Shown: one piece after another, positions 1 through 6,007 of the stretch
How the letters are laid out: the number at the start of each line of letters is the position of its first letter
Numbering within the stretch: the stretch's first letter is position 1
Source: a virus
Taxonomy: Duplodnaviria; Caudoviricetes
Virus record (IMG/VR): IMGVR_UViG_3300005739_000090
Span: 1-30,623 of that record
DNA length: 30,623 bases
Reading direction: 5' to 3' (one strand)
Translations under genes and position numbers: made by a program
Notes under the pieces: model-generated
The model's database searches: none
Told to the model about the DNA's origin: nothing
What the model saw: the letters and a program-made list of their open reading frames with translations, nothing else

Positions 1-11
1 GCGCTCGCATC

Positions 12-143
12 ATGATCAACCGCCTGAACAACGCCATCTGCTTTCTGATCGTCGCGGCCGTGTTCGCCATGATCGGCATCGAATCCGGCGCGCACCACAG
101 CCCCACCCACTCCGGCACGCAGCAGGTGGTGCGTCATGACTGA
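12..143 (+). CDS. small putative membrane protein (43 aa)
   Basis: Read manually, below the ORF-track cutoff: MINRLNNAICFLIVAAVFAMIGIESGAHHSPTHSGTQQVVRHD*. One hydrophobic segment. Overlaps the next start. Confidence 0.6.
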   Translation: MINRLNNAICFLIVAAVFAMIGIESGAHHSPTHSGTQQVVRHD

Positions 144-342
144 ATTGACCAGTGAACAGGTGGCAGCACTACGCAAGGAGCTACCAACTGATTACGACTG
201 GATCTTGAACAGAATGAAAGAACTTAAATCTGATCCACTGCACTCAAACAATTATGAGGTGCGAGCGCTTGAGGATTACATGCAACTGAAAGAAGTGGAA
301 CTGGTCAACCTTGCTTTGCGCCGCTATGGCTCCCATAACTGA
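136..342 (+). CDS. hypothetical protein (68 aa), AT-richer than neighbours
   Basis: ATG start overlapping the upstream ORF; visibly lower GC. Confidence 0.65.
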   Translation: MTELTSEQVAALRKELPTDYDWILNRMKELKSDPLHSNNYEVRALEDYMQLKEVELVNLALRRYGSHN

Positions 343-493
343 ACGCCGCTTTTACTTTCAGATCAAGGCCGCAAACGTGCTCGAGTGCATCACGGCCACC
401 AGCCTCACCGAGGCAAAGCTGATCGCCGCCGACACCTGGCTCGAGTGGTGGTCACAGATCGAGTGGATCAACGCAGAGGAGTCCCATGCCTGA
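326..493 (+). CDS. hypothetical phage protein
   Basis: In-frame ATG at 326 within track ORF 311..493; overlaps both neighbours. Confidence 0.6.
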   Translation: MAPITERRFYFQIKAANVLECITATSLTEAKLIAADTWLEWWSQIEWINAEESHA

Positions 494-722
494 AATCACC
501 GGCGCCATGCTCCCGTGGCAGTGGCGTGAAGAGGAGAACACCAGCCAGCACGGCGACGGCATCAGCCGGCCGCGGCCGAAGACACGCACCAAGGAGTTCA
601 AGCTGCTGATCTACCCGCAGGGTGCCCGGCCGATGACGTGGATCACGCGCGCCGAATCGAAGCGGCACGCGATCCGCTACGCCCAAGCCCGCTGGCCTGG
701 TGCTGCCGTGGAGGTGGCGTGA
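486..722 (+). CDS. hypothetical phage protein (78 aa)
   Basis: ATG start, GC-rich third positions, GTGA overlap with the next gene. Confidence 0.7.
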   Translation: MPEITGAMLPWQWREEENTSQHGDGISRPRPKTRTKEFKLLIYPQGARPMTWITRAESKRHAIRYAQARWPGAAVEVA

Positions 723-916
723 GCGACATTCGCCACCGCATCGAGCAGCTGCTGAGCGATACAAGCGCGTTCACAGCTGGTCAGACTGAGGAGCGCCATC
801 GGATCCGCCAACTGATCGACATCAGGATCGACCAGCTGCACGGCACCGTTGGGATCCGCAACCGCCAGCAGCTCTGCGCTGAGCTGCTCTACATCCGCCA
901 ACAACTCGAGCCATGA
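719..916 (+). CDS. hypothetical phage protein
   Basis: GTG at 719 overlaps the upstream TGA; its stop overlaps the next ATG (ATGA). Confidence 0.65.
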   Translation: MSDIRHRIEQLLSDTSAFTAGQTEERHRIRQLIDIRIDQLHGTVGIRNRQQLCAELLYIRQQLEP

Positions 917-1182
917 CATCTGCCACGTTTCTCGATCAGCAGCGCGCAGACATGATGGACGCGCTCTATGAACGCAGCGGCCGCACCAACGGGCTCTACA
1001 CCGGGCTGTGGGAGGAGTTCTGCCGCGACCTAGCGGCCAACTTCCGCGACACGCCATACCCTGAGCTGCTGGCTCGTGTGGTGCGCGCGATGGATGCCAC
1101 CGAGTCGGTGATGACGCAGAAGCAGGCGCAACAGGCGATCGAGGTCTGCCGCCAGCAGCTGCTGGGGGATAAGTGGCGATGA
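913..1182 (+). CDS. hypothetical phage protein (89 aa)
   Basis: ATGA coupling at both ends. Confidence 0.7.
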   Translation: MTSATFLDQQRADMMDALYERSGRTNGLYTGLWEEFCRDLAANFRDTPYPELLARVVRAMDATESVMTQKQAQQAIEVCRQQLLGDKWR

Positions 1183-1364
1183 GCCGGCCTTTCAAGCGTG
1201 GCGAGGACAATTTCGCCGTGATCTTGAGCGAGGAGCTGGTGCGCGAGCTGCGCCAGCTTCGCGCTGCCGGGCTCAGTTACCAGCAGCTTGCCGATCGGTA
1301 TGAGATCGACAAGAAGCACGCTTGGCGCATCTGCAAGGGCATCGCATGGGGGTGGCTCCAATGA
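1179..1364 (+). CDS. small helix-turn-helix DNA-binding protein
   Basis: GLSYQQLADRYEIDKKHAWRI HTH pattern; ATG at 1179 overlaps the upstream stop. Confidence 0.7.
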   Translation: MSRPFKRGEDNFAVILSEELVRELRQLRAAGLSYQQLADRYEIDKKHAWRICKGIAWGWLQ

Positions 1365-1582
1365 CTGACCAGATCAACCCAGACCACTACAAGCAAGGCC
1401 CGGTGGAGGCGATTGATGTGATCGAGGCGGCGATCGCCGGCGCCCCGGATCCTGTGGCCGCCTACCTCCACGGTCAGGCGCTGAAGTATCTGCTGCGGCT
1501 CTGGCACAAAGACAGCGCCGGGGTGGATGCTGCCAAAGGCGCCTGGTATCTCCGCCGCTTGCTCGGCAAACTGGAGGGATGA
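1361..1582 (+). CDS. DUF3310 (SaV-like) family protein
   Basis: DQINPDHYKQGPVEAIDVI ... GQALKYLLR ... K ... D.AK.AWYL signature. Confidence 0.85.
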   Translation: MTDQINPDHYKQGPVEAIDVIEAAIAGAPDPVAAYLHGQALKYLLRLWHKDSAGVDAAKGAWYLRRLLGKLEG

Positions 1583-1809
1583 TGCACCTGCCCGGCCTGA
1601 ACCTGCTTGAGCGCGCAGCGCTGTGGGTTCTGGTGCGCAGCCCGCGCACCACGTTGGTGGTGGTGAAGGAACGGCTGTGGCCGACCGTGTTCGTTGCGGC
1701 TGATCCTCGGGATGATGTGGCCTGCTATGTCACCAGCGGCGAGGAGGAGCCAGCGAGCATGACGCTCGAGCGAATCTTCCATCAGCCTGCCTACGGCGAG
1801 GAAGAATGA
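1579..1809 (+). CDS. hypothetical phage protein (76 aa)
   Basis: GGAGG upstream; ATGA coupling at both ends. Confidence 0.7.
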   Translation: MMHLPGLNLLERAALWVLVRSPRTTLVVVKERLWPTVFVAADPRDDVACYVTSGEEEPASMTLERIFHQPAYGEEE

Positions 1810-2138
1810 TCAGACTGCACGCCGGCCGACTGCTGCTGGTGTGCAGCCGCTCCGATCGCAACTGGCACGCACGGGTGATCTTGGGGCCAAAGCCGGAGCA
1901 CCAGCTTGAGGCTGATACCGGCACCATGCACCTGCAGGAGGCGTACCCGCGCGCGCAGAAGATCTATGAGGCGGCATTGCTGCAGCTGCGGCCGAATGGC
2001 GGCCAGCGGATGTGCTGGGACTGTTTGCACTGGGATACCAGCCGCAACCGCTGCGAGATGGCGTTGCCAGAATCAAAGCAAAGCGGCGGCCGCTATGCGG
2101 CTAGGTGCGAGATCTATGAACCAGCCGAAGGTGATTAG
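1806..2138 (+). CDS. hypothetical protein with C-terminal Cys cluster (CxxC...C...C)
   Basis: CWDCLHW...RCE...RCEIY motif; ATGA coupling. Confidence 0.7.
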   Translation: MIRLHAGRLLLVCSRSDRNWHARVILGPKPEHQLEADTGTMHLQEAYPRAQKIYEAALLQLRPNGGQRMCWDCLHWDTSRNRCEMALPESKQSGGRYAARCEIYEPAEGD

Positions 2139-2289
2139 CCGCACTGACCGTGACGGCGGATGGATTGAAACGCTGGAGCCCGATGGAGGCGGTGAGCTGT
2201 ACTACCGCAGCTGCGTGGGCGGGATCTGCCGCTACTCAAGCGACCTGTGGCAGGCGGAGCTTTATCTCGACCACCTGCTGGCACGCTGA
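2116..2289 (+). CDS. hypothetical phage protein (57 aa)
   Basis: ATG at 2116 within track ORF 1906..2289 (MNQPKVISRTDRDGGWIETL...); last gene of the plus-strand run. Confidence 0.6.
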   Translation: MNQPKVISRTDRDGGWIETLEPDGGGELYYRSCVGGICRYSSDLWQAELYLDHLLAR

Positions 2290-2293
2290 CAGC

Positions 2294-2387
2294 ACCGAGC
2301 CCCCGGCTTACCGGAGGCCGGCTACTGCGGCAGCTGCAGGCCACCTGCAGCCGCTGCACGCCCGATGCCGAAGCAGAGCGGGAACGC
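2294..2387 (-). ncRNA. candidate small structured RNA (three hairpins, one with a C(UUCG)G loop)
   Basis: Hairpins at 2361-2382, 2330-2354 and 2294-2322. G-U pairs form only on the minus strand. A TACACT -10-like hexamer lies at 2391-2396. Confidence 0.45.
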
Positions 2388-2401
2388 CTCAGTGTAGTTG
2401 G

Positions 2402-2485
2402 GTTGCCCGGTGGCCGGTCCTCACGCGGTGCCGGCCTCACCGCTGCCGGGCGCAACGGTATCGCCTAGTTCTCGAAAAACTAGGC
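2402..2485 (-). ncRNA. candidate pseudoknotted RNA
   Basis: 10-bp hairpin (2463-2485), then GCGGUG-A-GGCCGG-CACCGC-GUGAGGA-CCGGCC (two perfect 6-bp interleaved stems) enclosed by a GUUG..CCCGG/CCGGGCAAC stem. Confidence 0.55.
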
Positions 2486-2492
2486 CGCAAGC

Positions 2493-2798
2493 TTAGCCCT
2501 CACCAGCCACCCAGCGCGCGATTGCCCACTCGCCCAGTGGTGTCCAGAAGTGCTGTGCGCGATACCAGTCGATCCATGGCGCCCTGCCTTTTGAGGAGTT
2601 GCATCCGAGGCAGCAGGCCACCAGATTTGAGCGCACCGTAAGCCCGCCGTGAACCTTTGGAATGATGTGATCGAGCGTGGGTGAGCGCCCGAGCGGATCG
2701 CCGCAATAGGCGCAGCGATAGCTCCAGGCCAGAAGTATCTGATCGCGCGCGGAGCGGCGCGTGACCAGGCGGGTCTCATCAATGTGGTGCTGATCCAC
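2493..2798 (-). CDS. small HNH endonuclease (McrA-like, Zn-binding)
   Basis: CAYC...TLDHIIPKVHGG...NLVACCLGCNSSKG. Confidence 0.9.
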   Translation of the reverse strand: MDQHHIDETRLVTRRSARDQILLAWSYRCAYCGDPLGRSPTLDHIIPKVHGGLTVRSNLVACCLGCNSSKGRAPWIDWYRAQHFWTPLGEWAIARWVAGEG

Positions 2799-2964
2799 AG
2801 AGGTCCGGCGGCAGGGGAACTGTCGTCACGTCGATCTCGATGATGTTTTCCTCTGGTGGGAGGAACTCGGCCAGCTGGCTATAGATGTCAGCCGCCAGGT
2901 CGTCGGGGTCCGTATCGGATCGGATGATCAGCTTGGCGGAGATCTCTAGGTAGAACGCCCGCAT
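2779..2964 (-). CDS. small acidic hypothetical protein (61 aa)
   Basis: ATG start, D/E-rich, overlaps the HNH start; TACCGT -10-like hexamer at 2986-2991. Confidence 0.65.
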   Translation of the reverse strand: MRAFYLEISAKLIIRSDTDPDDLAADIYSQLAEFLPPEENIIEIDVTTVPLPPDLCGSAPH

Positions 2965-3089
2965 GGGCTGGCCGCCGCTGGGCCAACGGTAGCGGCTGTG
3001 ACTGGATCGGGAAGTGTGACGGATTGTGTCCGGGGCGCAGGGTACGCGGTCTGTGGTGTATAGTTAATTCAGTTCAGGCGGAGGACGCC

Positions 3090-3335
3090 ATGCTTCAGGT
3101 TCTCGATCAGATGGGTGAGACCCTCACCGTTGGCCAGAAGGTCTGGGTGGACATGCCCCACATGGCCGACTGGTTTCCCGGTGCGGTGATGTTCGCCGAG
3201 GTGGTCAGAGGCCATCGCGAGCCCCAGCCCGGCATGGTGTGGGTGCGCCAGCTGCCGACCGCAGCGCTTCCCTTCCCTGGTGAGGAAGGCGGCTGGGTCT
3301 CGGAGCAGCACGCCAGCCGTTGCTTGGGGCGCTGA
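3090..3335 (+). CDS. hypothetical protein, possible SH3/KOW-like beta fold
   Basis: GGAGG before the ATG at 3090; LTVGQKVWV motif; TATAGT -10-like box near 3059. Confidence 0.65.
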   Translation: MLQVLDQMGETLTVGQKVWVDMPHMADWFPGAVMFAEVVRGHREPQPGMVWVRQLPTAALPFPGEEGGWVSEQHASRCLGR

Positions 3336-3344
3336 GCTCTCACC

Positions 3345-3362
3345 GGGGCGCTTCGGCGCCCC
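3345..3362 (+). other. stable intergenic hairpin GGGGCGC-TTCG-GCGCCCC
   Basis: Perfect 7-bp stem with a UUCG loop and no U-tract; stability or pause element, or a weak terminator. Confidence 0.55.
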
Positions 3363-3374
3363 TACTCTCCACCC

Positions 3375-3563
3375 ATGACCTACATCCTCCGCATCGGCCC
3401 GTGGCACGTCGGGCCGTTCGACACGCACACCGGCGCGCAGCACTGGGCGGAGCGCCACGGGTGCGATGACTACACCATGATCCCGCTCGATGATCCGGCC
3501 GAGGCGCCGATCAGAATCCACCGGATGCGCATGGCACCGCTGGCTCATCCCATGCGCGAATAG
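3375..3563 (+). CDS. hypothetical phage protein (62 aa)
   Basis: ATG start; the 3' end overlaps the attP arm repeat. Confidence 0.65.
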   Translation: MTYILRIGPWHVGPFDTHTGAQHWAERHGCDDYTMIPLDDPAEAPIRIHRMRMAPLAHPMRE

Positions 3564-3800
3564 TGCGCGAACGGCTGAGCCGGCTGGTCGCTGATTGCTG
3601 CTAAGTGCTTGATTTGATGGTGAGCGCTGTGGGAATCGAACCCACGACCTACTGATTAAAAGTCGTCCGATCTAGCCTCACGCCAGTTCACGCCAGTTCC
3701 ACAAGCCTCTGATTCAGCAACTAAATCTCCGCTTGCTTTCTCACGGCCGTTCGCGCAAAGTCCGCCGAAATCACGGAGGGTTGCGCGAATGGTGCGCGAA
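3553..3800. mobile_element. attP: phage attachment site attP (core plus arms)
   Basis: tRNA-fragment core at 3618-3664. TGCGCGAA-N3-TGCGCGAA at 3553-3571 and 3782-3800, with an inverted copy at 3750-3757. Tandem TCACGCCAGT at 3678-3697. IHF-like boxes at 3602-3614 and 3702-3714. Adjacent to the integrase. Confidence 0.85.
3618..3664 (-). tRNA. 3' half of tRNA-Lys(TTT), 47 bp; att core, not a functional tRNA
   Basis: Minus strand reads GACTTTTAATCAGTAGGTCGTGGGTTCGATTCCCACAGCGCTCACCA: anticodon loop, T-arm GTGGG-TTCGATT-CCCAC, acceptor 3' strand and CCA. The D-arm and 5' strand are absent. Confidence 0.9.
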
Positions 3801-4892
3801 TGGATAGCAGACTCGAAAGTTCCCGGCCTTGGCATCCTGCAGCTCCCATCAGGGGTGCGCACTTGGTATTTGAGATACCGCGAGCCAACCGGCAAGCAGC
3901 AGCACCACCGGATCGGCCGCGCTGATGTGGTGAGCCGCACGCTGGCCAGGGAGGAGGCGCACAAGCTGCTCGCAGCCGTCGCCACCGGCCATGCGCCCAC
4001 CAGCGCACGCAAGGCCGCACGCCAGAGCGCCAGCATGACGGAGCTGCTCGACATGGTGCAGGAGCGCCACTACCCGAAGTTGCGGCCACGCACCCGCGAT
4101 GGTTACCTGCAGATCTGGCGGCTGCACATCATCCCGGCGCTCGGCAGCGCCAAGGTGAACGCTGTCACCACTGCGCAGGTGCTGCAGCTGCTGGCGCGCA
4201 TGGCACCGATACAGGCCAACCGCACGCTGGCGGTGCTGCGCAAGGCGTTCAACCTCGCCATCCTGTGGGGTCTGCGCGAGGGCAATCCATGCGATCGGGT
4301 GCCGGCCAATCAAGAGCGCCGGCGGCGCCGTTACCTGACCCGCGATGAGCTGCAGCAGCTGCTGACTGCGCTCGACACGTTCGCGCTAGCTGGTGTGCGC
4401 TGGCGGTTCGCCCAGCTGGTGCGCCTGCTGCTGCTCACCGGCTGCCGCGTCTCAGAGATCAAGGACGCACGATGGGAATGGCTGCAGGGCTCGGTGCTGG
4501 TGGTGCCGGCCGAGGCGCACAAGACCGGCCGCGATGGCCACGCGCGCATCGTGCAGCTGGCACCTGATGCGCTGGCCGTGCTCGAGCAGCTGCGCAAAGC
4601 CAGCAACAGCGACTGGGTGATCCAAGGCGTAGGCGATCACCCGCTGGTCGGCTATCAGAAGCTCTGGCTCGAGCTGCTGGCCGCGGCCGACATCAGTGGC
4701 CTGCGCATCCATGATCTGCGCCACAGCTACGCCAGCATGGCGATCAGCGCGGGCCTGACGCTGCCACAGATCGGTGGACTGCTCGGCCATGCCAGCCCGG
4801 TGACCACCGCCCGGTACGCGCACTTGGTGGATGAGAAGGCTGCCAGCTTGGCGGCGCTGGTGGCCGGGCAAATAAAAACCCCGGCTGACTAG
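3789..4892 (+). CDS. int: tyrosine integrase with N-terminal arm-binding domain (P4-like/DUF4102 type)
   Basis: TGCRVSE, HDLRHS, LLGH...TTARYAH catalytic motifs; D..VPGLG...SG..TW..RYR arm domain; GGAGG at 3775-3779. Confidence 0.95.
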   Translation: MVREWIADSKVPGLGILQLPSGVRTWYLRYREPTGKQQHHRIGRADVVSRTLAREEAHKLLAAVATGHAPTSARKAARQSASMTELLDMVQERHYPKLRPRTRDGYLQIWRLHIIPALGSAKVNAVTTAQVLQLLARMAPIQANRTLAVLRKAFNLAILWGLREGNPCDRVPANQERRRRRYLTRDELQQLLTALDTFALAGVRWRFAQLVRLLLLTGCRVSEIKDARWEWLQGSVLVVPAEAHKTGRDGHARIVQLAPDALAVLEQLRKASNSDWVIQGVGDHPLVGYQKLWLELLAAADISGLRIHDLRHSYASMAISAGLTLPQIGGLLGHASPVTTARYAHLVDEKAASLAALVAGQIKTPAD

Positions 4893-4900
4893 ACCGGGGC
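4871..4900 (-). terminator. rho-independent terminator after dcd
   Basis: Minus strand GCCCCGG-TCTAGTCAG-CCGGGGT-TTTTATTT; overlaps the integrase stop codon. Confidence 0.75.
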
Positions 4901-4929
4901 TCGACCTCACAGGGTTCTCCGGGGTCAGC

Positions 4930-5448
4930 TTACCCCTTGCTGGCGGTGACGGCCAGGTCGCCGTTGTACCTGCCGGTCACCGCGTAGCTGCGGCCGGGAA
5001 TGCCTTCCATCTTGTGGAACACCATCTGGCCGATCTTCATGCCGGGCCAGATCGCGACGGGGTGCATTTTGCGCGCGTTGCTGAGCTCGAGCGTGAGGCG
5101 GCTGCCATGCCAGCCTGGATCGCACCAGCCGGCTAGCAGGTGCTCAAGGCCTTCGCGTGCGCGGCTGGACTTGAGCACGAACTGCGCAGCGATGAAGTCC
5201 GGCAGGTTGAAGATCTCGCGCGTTTCCGCGAGGCAGAACTCACCCGGCTGCAGCCAGTACGGATCCTCGGCGGTATGGCCGGCGATGCCGTGGATCTGCA
5301 GCTCAGGGCTCTCGGCCACCTCGATCATGATCCGATCGCCGAGCAGCACGTCGATGCTGGCCGGGTTGACCAGATCAGGATCGAACGGCACCACCATCGC
5401 ATGGCGCTTGCACAAGTCGTGGATCTCGTAATCGGGCAGTGGTGCCAT
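4930..5448 (-). CDS. dcd: dCTP deaminase
   Basis: NPASIDV.LG, KSSRAREGL, AGWCDPGWHG, LTLELSN, PGMKIGQMVF. Start moved to the ATG at 5448. Confidence 0.92.
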   Translation of the reverse strand: MAPLPDYEIHDLCKRHAMVVPFDPDLVNPASIDVLLGDRIMIEVAESPELQIHGIAGHTAEDPYWLQPGEFCLAETREIFNLPDFIAAQFVLKSSRAREGLEHLLAGWCDPGWHGSRLTLELSNARKMHPVAIWPGMKIGQMVFHKMEGIPGRSYAVTGRYNGDLAVTASKG

Positions 5449-5497
5449 GCGCCAGCTGTAGGATTTGTGTGCCCCAGCGGGTTGCCGCCCCTGGAGC

Positions 5498-6007
5498 GTG
5501 ACCGACCTACGCAACAGGCCAGTGCAGGAAGTATGGCAGCCCATTTCAGGCTGGGAAGGACTTTACGAAGTTTCCGATCAAGGCAGGGTCAGGAGCCTGC
5601 GCAGTGGGAAGCTGATGAAATTGTCGGTGGCGAACACCGGCTACATGCAGGTGCAGCTGAGCGCCATGCCAAAACGCAACGTTTGTCACGTTCATCGGCT
5701 GGTGCTCGAGGCTTTTGTGGGACCTTCTCCTGCCGGAATGGAAGGGTGCCACGCCAACGGCACCAGAACTGACAATCGGTTGTCGAACTTGCGGTGGGAT
5801 ACCAGAAAGGGGAACATGGCTGACGCCTGCGCACAAGGAAGGACAAACCGCGGCGAACGAAACCCGTGCTGCAAGCTCACCGAAAAGGAGGTGCGCTCAA
5901 TTCGGTTGTCAGAACAAAGCAACAGCGAGCTGGCCGCTCGCTATGGCATGAGCAGGGAAGCCATCCGCGACATCCGCGCAAGGAAACGCTGGGCGCACGT
6001 TCAATAG
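5498..6007 (+). CDS. NUMOD4-HNH homing endonuclease with C-terminal HTH
   Basis: EVWQPISGWEGLYEVSDQGRVRS (NUMOD4); VHRLVLEAFVG...CHANG..TDNRLSNLRW (HNH). Start codon uncertain. Confidence 0.9.
   Translation: MTDLRNRPVQEVWQPISGWEGLYEVSDQGRVRSLRSGKLMKLSVANTGYMQVQLSAMPKRNVCHVHRLVLEAFVGPSPAGMEGCHANGTRTDNRLSNLRWDTRKGNMADACAQGRTNRGERNPCCKLTEKEVRSIRLSEQSNSELAARYGMSREAIRDIRARKRWAHVQ

Noticed and set aside
2418-2440. TCCTCAC similarity to the cyanobacterial Yfr1 sRNA motif (ACTCCTCACAC)
   Set aside because: Only a 7-nt match, and G-U pairing favours the opposite strand. Too weak to call.
2135-2641. ORFs 2135..2455(-), 2150..2641(+) and 2247..2468(+) across the structured region
   Set aside because: Arg/Ala/Pro-rich GC shadow frames overlapping better-supported genes, with no ribosome binding site or motifs.
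3618-3700. Complete tRNA-Lys gene
   Set aside because: The 5' anticodon stem would need ACTGA but reads GACGA, and there is no D-arm or 5' acceptor strand. It is an att core only.
5449-6007. Group I intron carrying the HNH gene
   Set aside because: Both flanking genes look complete, and there is no space for or sign of intron core elements.
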